From NCBI GenBank assembly GCA_010093605.1, contig MU004185.1, forward strand, positions 145,334 to 209,333: a stretch of 64,000 nucleotides of DNA, written 5' to 3'. The first letter of the stretch is position 1. Each line of letters begins with the position of its first letter. The notes beneath the pieces were generated by a model that was given only the letters and a program-made list of their open reading frames with translations, searched no databases and was not told the DNA's origin. The DNA is from Lophium mytilinum. Its lineage: Eukaryota. A program made the translations under genes and the position numbers. Of this stretch, positions 51,901 through 64,000 are shown piece by piece.

Positions 51901-54900
51901 CGATTCCCATGAAGCGTGAACTAAGCTCACGAGTATGTCACCATGTAACGCAGGGACTGCTAGATGCTGATCCAGAAAGCACAAGGCTATCACCTATATC
52001 ATCTGTGAAATTATCGAGTCATGCCTCGTCCGTGTTGACAGTTTCAATTCTGGAAGGCAAACAGCCATCATCGATGTCTTGGATAGACTTTTGATCGCTG
52101 TTTCCGAACATGTTCTAATGGAGCCCCGATGTTTGGATTGCCAATATAGATAGGCATCGTTTGCCACTGTGCGGCGGTTCGATCCCCAGACGTACAGCAA
52201 TCAGCCTTTGATATGAAAGCTCGAGCACAGAGAGCAGCCAGCCATCCGGAGGCATAAGGTGTAGTTCTGAACAGAGAACACAGCCAGTCTAAGTTGAGGG
52301 CCAATCTTCAGATCCAGACACGACTTCCTCTTGCAACGGCTCTCTTTCTGCTCCCAAGGCACAGTACCATCGCCACTGTTTGTTCGATTCGTGTGTTCGA
52401 ATGGAAAAGCAGTCAATGCCTGCTCGACTCTTCAGCAGATAAATCCGCAGCTCACGGGCATTGGTACCAGAGTATCGAATTTTAGCTCCACAACGCAAAC
52501 AGCCATGTAGCTGGGCCTCAAGAATATTTGATCCCACGCACAAAGCTCTGGTCGAGAAACTCCTTCTCTTTAGTACACAAAGCACCCAGCAATGATACGT
52601 CCGCTATTGAGACTCTTCCAGAGTCAAAGATTTCACAGAGCGCCATTTTCTTTAGTGTTTGACTCGCAAGACCGCGACCCATTTTTCCTTCCAGAACGAT
52701 CTCCTGATTCCTCGACACATCGTCCAGTTCGTAGGGTTCTTTTTGGTACACAAGAGCTTGGATAACTTTGTCCTATCACGTGATGATTTTAGATGCTTAC
52801 TTTGAGAAGACGCAGCCATACTGCGACACCAGATGGAGCCCTTTGTTACATTGTAAAGCTAGCTGCAAGGCCATTATGTGAGCATGCAGAGGCATCGTTT
52901 CAGCGAAACCCCAGCCTGTAACCGTTTCTGAAGGGAACCTACGGAGATCCACGAAACACAAACCCATTCGCTCTTCGGATTAAAGAATTTCAATTCCTGC
53001 TACTCAGGAACGCTAGCCATGAACGACGGCTTCGAAGGTGTTCCAAGACACGAGCCGCATGGGATCTCTTCTGTGCCGGTAAATGCATAGATACGTTCCA
53101 TCTAGAGAATGTAGCCATAGGAAGATTCAAGAGCTGTTTCTTGATCTACAGGGCACATTCCATACCAGAGGCGGCGGTTTGTAAAGGATAACGGAAGCTA
53201 AATCTAGCCAACCCTTGTAACCTCCCTTGGAAGGAAATCCTCAAGACCCGAAAGACACATCGTCTGATTGTAGAGTCTTTGATTCAGACACACACACATA
53301 ATTCTTTCTCCTCTTGAGTTGTTCCTGCTCAAACGCACACAGAATGTTGCTAACGCGTATGCTCTTCTGGAACCGGTGTAGGCGGATCAAGCCCAGAGAC
53401 TCAGCCATTCAGGTTCCGAGTTGGTTCTTTCAATTCACAGAACTCATGCGATATGCTGCGGGAGCAGCTTTAAATGATTTGATCCACATCACATGTCGTG
53501 GTGTTCACTCATTTTGCTGTGATCTAGAAAACCCAGCACACAACTAACTCCGTCTGCTCATGGATGATGCCTCCAATCTTCCTGTACAAGGCACAGCCAC
53601 GACCATTCTTTGATACCGGGTCCGTTTTTGACGAGACGAAAGCCCGTCAATGCAGCAAGCTGCAACAATTTTGGATGTTCCGAGGATGCTCGAGGCCAGG
53701 AAACGCTGCCATGCAGTGCTTCCAGAAGTGAAGTCGATTCACGAGCCACACCCATAACTCGATGCTAAAGGTATTGCGGCCAAAAGACGCTGTTATCGGT
53801 CCAAAGAGTTCTCAGATTTGAAAATTTCAATTACCACAGCCATGAAGCACCCATCCAGCGTCTTATCGGAATGATTAGACTTTAGAGGCTTGCGTTGAGT
53901 AACGAATTCACCACGGCATCTTGCCAGGCTTTTTGATACCCATAAACCACTCTCATAGTGCTTTTCCGATGGCTGATTTGGATTAGACACCCCAGTCCGG
54001 AAGCTGCAGCCATAACACCATTGTACCCATATTTTCGATCTCCCCATTGGCCAGGCGAAGAAGTATGTTTTTTCTCGAGAACAACTAATTGAAGTCCACC
54101 CGTATGCTAAACGAGATCTCCCGATGGCGCGATCCCATGTCGCCAGGTAAAGCGGGTTGAGCGATACCTCTTACAGCTATGAGGAGATGGACAACCGATG
54201 TTCAACCTGTTTGCGACACTTCGGTTCCGAAGACGCCCTCATGAAGCTAGGCCAGTCTATATTGAGACACGGACACTCTCATGAGGCGTTGGCGGCGGCA
54301 GTTTGAAACATGCAATCTTCGAAGATTTCAGCCTCGAAGACACTGTCATTCAACCTATCGTCTGGGGTTATTGATCCGCAGCCACACGCTCATAGTTGCT
54401 GCTCATGTGTCTTATCAATACTTCGGTCAGAGCAATGCCCATAAACCAATAAGGACAATCGCTTCTCACTCCATGGTACCACCTTCTAGGGGGTGTTTCA
54501 TGAGCTTCTCGGTACGCACAGGCTCAGATACTCCGGCTCAGAAATGCAGTCATAACTTGCAAAGGTATCTGTTTTTGGAGCACCACACACGCGCCCATGT
54601 CGCGAGTATCTAGGATATGGATACACGGACCCACCAAAAGCTCAAGCATATTGATGTACCACTGCGCAATTTTCTCTTTTGCTCCCTCACCACCACCTGG
54701 GAGGGATAGCCTAGCTCGCAGATGTCAGATCACGAGATACATAGCCCTCCTTCGGGCGGCGTTGTGGAAAACCTGTAGAGTACCCCAAGCGGCGGCGAGA
54801 CAGAGTACCTCAACCTAGCTCTCAGGACTGTACTGCAGATGCTCCCATGGGATCCACTCGAGTAGGCTTTTTTTGGCCCGACACCGCGGCCATAACGGGC

Positions 54901-55720
54901 CGCTCGATGAGCTTTTGATACAAGAACCATTCTCATGGCCAACGCTGCTTTAACCTGTGAAAGCTGCAATTCACACGATGCACCATCAGTGTTCGGATGC
55001 AGATGTATTTTTTGGCTCCACCACTTCCACCACCATGCGTGTTTCCACTGTCCTCTTTATAAAGGTTTCCGAGCATAACACTCGACCTGTTTGGAGGCCA
55101 TTGGGCCAGGAAAACGCAGCCATCGAATCTTTGTTGGAGGCATCTCGATCCCGGAACACACCCCCATGGCGAGTATGTTCTAGGCATGTGTAAGGCTTCC
55201 AACTGGCAGAGCACCCATCGGGCTCGGGCAATCTTGATTTGATCCACAAACACGCCCATCAAATGATTTTGGAGGGGTTTTTAGTCGCTTTGATCCAGTC
55301 CAGGAGACAGACCCACATCGACTAGCTCATCCGTGTATGCGGATGGCCTGAGTTGTAGATCCAGAGGACACAGAGTCATGGGAGACCTCGTCTTCAGTTT
55401 TGGTACAAAAACCACAGCCATGTCTGTGGATGACGAGAGGTTTCGATCCACAGGACACACGCCCATGCTCCTTGCTGATGACATAACTGTATTGATCTGG
55501 ATGCTGGGATCCAGAGACGCTGCCATGCATTTCTTTCGTTACATCTTTTTGATGCACAGGGTACCATTCGATGATGTCGTTTCGTGGTATGTGAAAGCTG
55601 CGAGTGCTTCAATCCAGAGAGATTCGAGGATGCAGCCATTGCATGATTGGATGTTTTTTTTTGCGATCCCCAGAGCACACGCACATGGCGCGATCATCCA
55701 AGGTGCCGATATGGTCCAGG
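49000..55720 (-). pseudogene. Highly degraded NACHT-ankyrin (fungal NLR-like) gene relic; ends approximate
   Basis: Minus-strand fragments in the canonical order but in shifting frames: IMQWL (55,633-55,647), RLWI (~55,510), NTVMSS (GKT.LSS-like, ~55,480), RWVLCQLEAL (55,191-55,220), IRWLRF (55,111-55,128), LCLAAAWG (54,782-54,805). Ankyrin-like fragments follow: FHNAARR, FQTAAAN, LQLAALTG, LQTAASG, ALQLA (twice) and PLAASKGY (~49,750). Confidence 0.6.
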
Positions 55721-57039
55721 GATACAGTCATGAAATTGGCGGACATCCAGTTTGGGATCCCCAACTCTCACAGCCATCTTGCGCACCCCACCTTAAGTGC
55801 GAGCCTGTTCAAGACACCTAACAGTAACACCCAGGACACACCCACGCCCACATTCCTTCTTCGCCTCGGATCTTTCAAAATCCTCTCCCCACCCCCCCAT
55901 GTAGAGCGTTGACTTGCTGTGATGACCGACCAACTACCAGCCCAACCCACCTCCAGACCATACATAAAGGCCTCGCTGTAGTTCTGTACCATCCGACCGA
56001 ACTCCACAACATCTCCACGCCATTCTTTACTCTAGTCCTTAGCTTAAATACCAAGACTTCCCACAACCCTCTCCACACCATCGATCATGGAGCTGAATCA
56101 TTCTGATCCCTCTCCCCCCTCCCCATCTCCCACCCCTCTGCTCCAAACCCAACTCCCTCGGGGCCTCCATCCTTCTTATATACCCCACCCCCTCCGTCCC
56201 CCTCCGACCCCGCCGACACCGGCGCTGCGCTGGCCATCACACGCCCCACCCTCGGTTCCGATACTCCCCGTTCGCGTCCGAGGCCACGTTGCGCGTGACA
56301 TGCTCGGGAAGGAGGACATCCGGGAAAAGGGAGGGGAAAGTAGTCAGAGGGCCAGGGAAGAGCGAATCAGAAGAAGGGGCGCGGAAAGACGGAGAGGGGG
56401 ATGAGCTGGATGACTAGCTTAGCGAGCATGTGAGCAGCGGGAGCGAATAGGAGAGTGGCACGGGGCGAGGAAGGGGTCGGAGAGCGAGGAAGAAGAGGGG
56501 ATGATGAGGAGGGTGGATGGGGGTATGACTGACTCGGTGGACATGTGAAGGGGAGGGGCGTAGCACGAGAGGGCTGAAAGTTGACGCTCTGACGTTGAGG
56601 TAACGGGGGGAGAAGCATCGCGATGAAGACAAGATATCGGGAGGAGGGGCAGGAGGAGGAGGGGCGAATGAGAGCCAAGAACAGAAGGAGTGATGAAAAT
56701 ACCTAGCAAAGAACGAGGAAGAGGGCCACGTGATAGGATCGTGATTTGATCTGGTCGCGAAGATTTTGAGAAGATGAAAGGGGGATTTTTTCACGCTTCA
56801 CAAACTTGAAAGCAGGAGTCGAAAGAGTTCAGAAATGATATGTATATCTGATGAACTTCGTATGATACCGTGGATATACCAAACCCAGATTTCCACCGCC
56901 ACATACCAGTGACATATCCATATATTCCAGAGACCCAGCCCACACCAATCCTATCCAATCCAAAAGAAAATATAAATGTTATCTACAAGAAGTGTACTGG
57001 TCCGACTGACCGACCTACTCACTCAAACGTCATAAGTAT

Positions 57040-58720
57040 CTACGAGGAACCATGCCTCTTCTCTTTCAACTGCGCCAAGTGACGCGCACGCCTCCGAGCT
57101 GCTTTCTCGGACTTAACCTCGCTCTCGCCACGCTTGCTGAATGTTTGACCGTGGTTGTGATGGAGACGGCTGTATGCCATGGGGTTGTTCGGGTTTCCAA
57201 CTGGTGCACCCACGCTCGCAGGCGCACTTGTAACCGCCGCGCTCGACGCGGCACTCAAAGCACTCGACGCGACACCCAAGGCAGTTGAAGTCGTCACGGC
57301 ATCCCCGGGGTTCACGGTCTCGGTCAGAGTGATCGTTTGGGTGACGGTCGATTTCGATTTCGAGCCTGAAGCAGTGGGGAAGGTATTGTTGGTAGCGTTC
57401 TGATTCGGGAACGGGAAGGGCGCAATAGTGCCAGTGCCTGTCGCGAAGAGGCCGGAGGGGGTGGGGAAGACACCGTGTGAAGAGTCGGAGCTGAGAGTCG
57501 GGAAGGGGGCGATGGTGCTGGCCTTTGTAGAGATGGCGAAAGTAGTCTTCGTCTTGGACGGGGTGGGGAAGCCGAGGGAGAGGGAGGGAATCGAGAGGGA
57601 TGGGACAAGGTCGGAGGTTGAGGCGACGATGGTAGAGGCGATGGCCGAGGATTGGGACTTGGAGATGGACAAGCTGTCCATGGGCTTATCTGCGCTTTGC
57701 TGGAATACCTTGAGCGAGTTGATGCTCCAGTAGGCCTCCGAGAAAGAGGAAGGGTTGTTCTGGACAAAGGAGTTGCAGCTGTCAGCTTTCGACGCGCAGG
57801 AGCCGCTGCTCCAGACTGCGCCGGCCCAGTCGCCACAGAAGGTGGTATCGAACACAATCTGTTGGCTCTTGAAAGTTGTAGCAATGTCACAAGCTCCCTT
57901 GAACGTCGCACTAGGCTCTCCCCAGCCAGATGGGTCAGGAGAGCTGTTGATGTCCGACGGGACTGCACCGCGGGGGAAGAAGTAGATGTTGATGGCGCTG
58001 GACGTCCATTCGGTGGCGAAGACACCGCCGCCATTGTTGTTCAGCCCAGCACCGTAGCTAACGGTGGACTGGTCGACGATTTGGCAGCCAGAATTCTTGG
58101 ACTGGCCTTCAGCGTTGACGTCGCAATTGTCGGTGCTGATGGATCCGGAGAAGCCGCCGCCGTTGGTGATGGCGCACCCGGGGCCCGTGTGAAGGGTCAT
58201 GGCGTTGGATGCTTGCTCGTTGACACCTTCAATGATATCAATCTCGCCACTATGATGAATAAGTATAAGACAGGAATTAGGTGGTGATTGACTTACTTGC
58301 TCGGCCAGCTCGGGCCTACCATCCAAAACGCAGGCCAAGTTCCACAGCCAGCAGGCATGTGAGCCAGGTCCAAGATGACCAGACCACTGTCGTAGGACGC
58401 TTTGCTAGTGAGCCGGACGCTCGGCCTTCCGTTTGGAGTCTCATTGGTATGATCGACGCCCATATAGACGTTTCCATTGGGAGTGGAGGTCAAGTTGCTG
58501 CTTGACGCAGTGCTTGAGTCGACATATTTCACGAAACCTTTTCAAGTCAGTCAGAGCACATTCCCAAATTCAAGTACAACACACCATTGGTAGGGTCTTC
58601 ACTCGTGAAAAAGTCAAACATGCTGAAGAAGTTTGCAGAGCTGTAGTCATCCTCCAAAACATAGCCAGCTATGCTAAGGCGGGTGAGGGCAGCAGCGGTA
58701 AGGAGCGTGGAGAACAGCAT
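57040..58720 (-). CDS. Secreted GH16 endo-1,3(4)-beta-glucanase (fungal Lam16A type) with Ser/Thr-rich tail, 3 exons
   Basis: Signal-peptide-like [52 protein letters not shown], catalytic [30 protein letters not shown]. Confidence 0.95.
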
Positions 58721-61174
58721 CTTGTCTAAAGGAGTGACTGTGAGAGCGTGCTAGCCGCTTCGTGGAAAGACGCTATGAAGAAGTGAAGAAGAGAATACGA
58801 GAATCAACGTGACGGAAAAGGAAAGCGGCCAGAAGGGGGGTCTGTCTCTATATAGCGGCATGTCGAAACTTTCAGCCGGAGCGGCGTGTGGGCCACGTCC
58901 TCGGGGAGCGGCTCGATTCGACAGCAGTGGTGGTACCTGAGGGGGGGCGCGGGTGAAGGACAGGGCGGCCAAGGCTTGTTTCAACAGCCAAGCTGCAAAG
59001 CGGCCTCTGCGGCGGCGTGTGGTCGGAGTAGCCGGACACTGCATGCGGGACGCAAGGCCTCCCGGGGCCTTCCATGGCGGTGCCTGGGACAGCGGGGGGA
59101 TGCAGCGTGGTGAAGAGATCACAGTGGCTGGGTTAATAGATGTGGGCCGCGTAAACAGGCTGTTTCGCCGAGGCGGTTGGGTGGCACAGCGCAGAGGGCG
59201 TTGAAACTGGAGCAGAAACACGCTGGCCACTCGATAAGGCGAGTCGCGGTGCGGGCTGGCTTTCGCATGGTGCAGATGTTGAAACAAAAGGGGAGACTGG
59301 CTGCAACATGAAGTCGAGGCAGTCGGCACTTGATTCGCTAAGGGGGGCGGCTGCTAGACCGCTGGCGGCAAAATGGGGTGGCTAGGGAGTTTCTGTGCTA
59401 CAGCGTAAGGCTGATATCGACTATTCGCAGCCAATCGTGGCACCTGAATCATCTATTCTTGCTGACTGTCCGACCCTGACTCACGTATCCGGTGTAATGT
59501 TCCCGAAATATGAAACTGCCCTACACCCAATCACGACTCCATCTTCCCTCGCTCCCAATCCATGTCTCCCCACGTCGTCGCCATCGCCCTCTCCAACGCA
59601 GGGCAGCGCTGAGGTTGTTCGCCGGGCCCGTATTCGGGCTTCGTGCCGTCCCAGCCTCCAGATAGCTGCCGATCATGCCTCACGCCCACAATTGCTGTGT
59701 ACCTCAAACACGCACCTCCTCACCAGCAGCACGGAACATATAGGATGTCGCTCTCGAACCACGATCTTCTGTTCTCGCATGTTTCCAGCACTCGATGCAA
59801 CTGTGCCTGGTTCTCTCATCTCCGAGAACCACGATGCAAAACACCACCTTCCACGTCCATCCTTGCCTCGACTCCCGCCCAAAGCGGACTTGTTTTTCAT
59901 GCGAAACGCACCATTCGGGTTCTAGAATCTGGTTACCGTCGCACCGATTGAGCCTCGCCCAGAGATAGAAACAAAGTCTCGAAGCCATACTCTAGTCTTC
60001 TATTTGAAGAAACCCGACGGTCCCCGAGCAGTATTTTGGCTTCAGCTCATATGTACTCAGCCATGCCTGTCCCACCCAGCTGAGCCTTCACTGTACAACA
60101 ACACCGAGATGAATCCAATCTCATGATCATTCAAAAGCCGATTTTCGCAGCGCAGAGAAGGAATTTGCGACCCCAACGAATCCCCAAAATACGGTCATTT
60201 TGCGTATTCGCCAATCGTCTGCCGAGACACACCTTACCCACTTTGCCAGCGCCGGTTGGCTGGACTGGCGCCGGCTGTGGCTGCCCCCCAGCCCCGGCCC
60301 ATCTCGAGACGACTCCGAGGGGCGATCCTGGCGATCACGCAGAGGCTGGGTCGCCTTTCAGGCCTTTCATCTAACCCAAGGCGACGCTACCGAGATACCT
60401 TCTATAAGGGGTAGCCAATTGCCGAGTTGCTACTCCATCTCCGCCTTCAAGTGTCTACTAAGGTTTGCGGATCCGGCTTGCAAATCCTTCATGCACGGCC
60501 TGGCGGCGTTCTAGTAAAGGGTCAAAAGTACGGCTGGTCCCTCTTTTTCGGGGTTCCCGCGCTGTAAAGCAAGGCTGGTAGCGAAATGTGAATTTCAAAC
60601 TAACGAATAGATTAATTCCTGAGAGGTAAGAAGTCTGGTTGGCGACTCTTTGATTGAGTTGATATCGAACCCGATATTTCCGATTTGGCTCGTGGAATTA
60701 GCATTCTTCTTCGCATCCAGTCTACTCTCGATGTTAGGAATGAGATCCAAATCGCTCTCTTCGCCATTAAAGTCCATTGGAAATTCTCTCCAACCTATTC
60801 TCCCCTTTTAATATCTAAGATTGAAGGCGACAGACAATACAATTCTCTATGAAAGCGACTAACGGATTCGTACCAAGTAGAAATAAGAGACTTGCACATA
60901 ATATCAATTTCATCTCCTAACCCTCCGCAGCAGAAGCCGACCCTGATCTCATTAACTCCCCACCATTCTCTCCCTCCACTTTCTCCAGGATCTTCTCCCT
61001 CCCATCCATCCTACGACTCGAACGTATCCGAATTTCGCACGACCAACACCCTCTCACATCTCCGAGTCCAACGTTCCCTTACACACCCTCTAACCTACTC
61101 TCCCCCTTCTCAACCCCCAACTAACTATCTTAACTTTTACAGCCCCCTACCACCACCATCTTGATCGATCATCG

Positions 61175-62912
61175 CTAAACCTCCACCTCCTCCCCTATCC
61201 AATCCCACTCCCACCTCTCCCACTCCACCCGCCATTTCTCATCCCCTAACCCAGTGGGATCGTCATCCCGCCACCCCTTGATAAACACCATCGCCCCTCC
61301 CTTCCAACCCCCACCCGCCAGCGCCTCCCTCCACGCCTTCCACAAGTCCGACTTGACATCCGGCCGCCACCCCCTCTCCACCGTCCCAATCTCGATGACC
61401 AGCACCCTCTCCTCCCCAGTGATGCCGTATGATTTCTTCACTTCGTCGTCATCCCACTCCGGCTGGTGGAGCGGGAGGTACTTGACCGCGTCGCGTGCGA
61501 GGTAGAGCATGCTGAACTCGATCTTCTTGGGTATGTTGTCAAGATCGTACTCGTCGTAATCGGGTTGGTAAGAACAGTCCGTCGTGAGAAAAGTCAACAA
61601 AGGAGCGTTCGCGACGAACTCTGCCAAGGCGGTGAAGAGAGCGAGCAGGCTGGGAGTGGGGTGGTCGTGTGGGAGGCTGAGAGCCGCGAGTGCGGATACG
61701 TTATGAGCACGCGGGCCGTGTTGGAAGTAGGGCTCGCCGCTTGGAGAGAAGGGGCCGAAGCGAAAGCGCGCCCGTTCAAGTCTCGAGAAAGGAGAACTCG
61801 GGGGAGTTGGTGTATCTGGGGAGAAGATGCTGGGCGTGACGTAGATATTACCCTCTATGTAGCATGCTCTGAGCTTCGGACTGCGCGGCATGAAAGCGTG
61901 GATAGCGGGGCTCAAGGGGTCGATGAATGTGCGGGAGGTAGTGATGGGCGAGCCGGGGTAGTGAGTGAAGGTGTTATAGGCACGGGCCGAGCTCCATGTG
62001 ATCGTATGAAGTGATGGTAAGAAGACAGTGTCAAGAGCTTTGGCAAAGTCTACATGAACTAGAATGCTGTCTCCAATAATGTGGGGATGTGGTATACATG
62101 CCCACCCGCGCCTGTCTTCGACAAGCGACGGACTCGTAATCCCCTTTCGTGTGCCTCCAGTCCCAATGCTCCAGGTACGGGAATCTGGATGCGAGAGCCG
62201 CGAAGGATGATGGCTCGACGTGACGTTTGGAAGCGGGGTACAAGATTATCAGGTTGCTAATGGAATAGAGTAAAGGCAGTTTGTCGATGTTTGGAGGCCG
62301 GATAATCGAACGCCTGTACCGCTCGGCACCAATACTATTCAGGACACTATCAGGTAAACTTAGTCGACGACGTCCCGGGTACCACTGTTTGTCCCTGGCT
62401 GCGTTTTCGTTGCGCCCGCTGCACCACGCTCGGTCTGCTCTTGAGTGGAAATCCCTCAAGACAAGGGTTCGGCCAGCATGTCCGTTCGTAAACTCCAGTA
62501 CTTTCAATATTCGGAATAGGCCAACGAGTGCTCGCGTGAAGGTAGCGTTGTTGACGCGGTGATCGTTGTCAGTCTCCCTAAGTGCACACTCTTTGTCAGA
62601 CTATGATGGGAGGATGATGTCGTATCGAATGACTTTGATGAACCGCACACGATACTTTAAATCATCTCCTAGAAGTTTCTTGACCTCTGAAATCTCCTGA
62701 CTATTGAAATGAATATCGCGGAAGGTTCGTCGCTCGACTTCATACTGCCAGCTGCGTGAAACTGTCGAGTAGGGAGCGCACTTAGTTCCTCTTCCGCCTC
62801 CTTCTATTGCGGAACCCGTATTGGAGGGCCATGACTGTGCGCCGTCGCGGTCTTCCGGTGGGACGAGCTGAAATAGGATCTCCTCAACAACTTCTTGCGG
62901 TACTTTTTCCAT
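61175..62912 (-). pseudogene. Fungal F-box-like protein gene with an in-frame TAG and a GC-AG intron
   Basis: MEKVPQEVVEEIL...YSTVSRSWQYEVERRTF; the same frame continues through TAG (62,601-62,603) into SDKECALRE..NNATFTRA..LF. A 52-bp intron at 62,050-62,101 (G|GCATGT...TAG) joins in frame to DFAKAL...DPLSPAI and ORF 61,175-61,915. Confidence 0.7.
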
Positions 62913-63064
62913 CTTGGTACGTAGTGGGGGCTTGATCGATCGTTTTAGATATGGAGCGATGTATGAAGGTGGTGGTGGCTAACGTTGTTGATCTGATGAT
63001 GATAGAGTTGATAGAGAAGGAAGAGGTTGACAAGGTGCAGAGATTTTCATATCTACAGAAGTGG

Positions 63065-63133
63065 GCTGTAGCACACTAATGCTGAGCCGTAGAGCACTAA
63101 AGCTAAGCTGTAGCCTGCTAAAGATGAGCTGTG
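63065..63133. repeat. Degenerate 21-bp tandem repeat (~3.3 copies), intergenic
   Basis: GCTGTAGCACACTAATGCTGA / GCCGTAGAGCACTAAAGCTAA / GCTGTAGCCTGCTAAAGATGA / GCTGTG at 63,065, 63,086, 63,107 and 63,128. Confidence 0.7.
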
Positions 63134-63368
63134 ATATGTGCACGGACCCACGGCGCGCCCAGCTATCAACGCTGAGATCCTTATTTCTTCTTAGGAGGAT
63201 TTCTAGAGCGAGTCGGTGCCAACATGTGTAGGTTCAATGGTTCTGGCCAATGCATGCTCTGGTAGACACGCCACGGGTATTAGGTATCACACCTGCGAAT
63301 GAGGCGCTTGCTTGAGTCCCTCGCATATCCGAGTGAGATGGTTAGAACAGTAGATTAGTCGCGTATTG

Positions 63369-64000
63369 CTAAAGCACCCCATTCAGATGAAGGCGAAGTG
63401 TGCAAGCTAACACGGCGATATACACAACCGCGCCTTGTCCCATAGACAAGATCCTGGGCCAGGAAGCCGCCGAATTAGTCACCGGAGCACTGGTCAAAGT
63501 ATTCGTAGCAAATGCCGCCGAGGTGCGTGTCGCTCCGATAGTTCCGGCCGATGTAGAAGCCTTCGTAGGGTTAACGATAATGTTGAGCTGCGTAGCAGTC
63601 GGGTTTCCGGAGGCAGAGTCGGGCGGGCCTTGATCAGGGGGCTCTGTGTGTTCTCCGGGTTCGACAGTTTTTGGTTTTGGATTATTGGGATTCTCGTTTG
63701 GATTCTCTTTTGGATTTTGGTTCGGATTCGGATTGATGGTAGGATTCTTGTTGGGGTTCTCATTTGGATGCGGGATCGGAGCCGGTGGCTCGATCGGCTC
63801 TATTGGCTTGGGTTTTGGAATAAAAATACGAGGAACCAGGGTCCTCTCGGCGCGATCTTCTGGAGCGACATGAGACTACGAAAACATATCGAAAGACGGT
63901 GGGGAACATTCATACCGATGGCTAGATTATGGACTCGAGACTTGCCTGGTGCATTTTTGGCAACCAAAGGACTTGTAAAGCACAATATTTGAAGAATAGA
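63369..64000 (-). CDS. Secreted, possibly GPI-anchored Pro/Asn-repeat, Ser/Thr-rich protein (5' end beyond window)
   Basis: SILQILCFTSPLVA.. (signal-like), then intron 63,860-63,915, then EDRAERTLVPR-IFIPKPKP..NENPNKNP..NPNPNQNPKENPNENPNNP, an S/T/A stretch, NSAAS and a hydrophobic tail. Stop at 63,369-63,371. Not listed in the ORF track. Confidence 0.7.

Noticed and set aside
48400..56800. Dozens of 60-160 aa ORFs on both strands as a small-gene cluster
   Set aside because: Overlapping and motif-less; better explained as chance ORFs plus fragments of the NLR relic.
1..64000. CRISPR arrays, rRNA/tRNA genes, Starship tyrosine-recombinase captain
   Set aside because: No repeat-spacer array, structural RNA or captain motif was recognised by eye; a RIPed captain could be missed.

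Overview
Filamentous-ascomycete (probably Dothideomycete-like; inference) genomic DNA with two compartments. (1) 1-~28,850 is an AT-rich block with a heavy RIP signature: TpA is everywhere and CpA/TpG are nearly gone. It has an assembly gap at 15,897-16,195. Mentally reversing RIP reveals four things in it: a complete Ty3/Gypsy chromovirus (7,242-15,317, minus strand, 242-bp LTRs, CTAGA target-site duplication) nested in older DNA; a Plavaka-family transposase relic (~18.9-22.2 kb, +); an intron-containing SNF2/SWI2-like ATPase relic (~0.3-5.2 kb, -); and further unidentified gene-like relics. Together these suggest a large cargo-carrying DNA transposon. (2) ~28,900-64,000 has normal GC and is gene-rich. 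In order: a single-pass membrane protein, a flavin monooxygenase, an F-box protein, a frameshifted 7-aa-repeat protein, a Zn2Cys6 transcription factor, an AT-hook+SAP protein, TRM5 divergent from a kinesin-3 (UNC-104/KIF1 type), a ~7-kb indel-shattered NACHT-ankyrin (fungal NLR) relic, a GH16 glucanase, an F-box-like gene with a nonsense codon and a GC-AG intron, and a partial secreted Asn-Pro-repeat protein. All family calls come from motifs read by eye; no database search was run.
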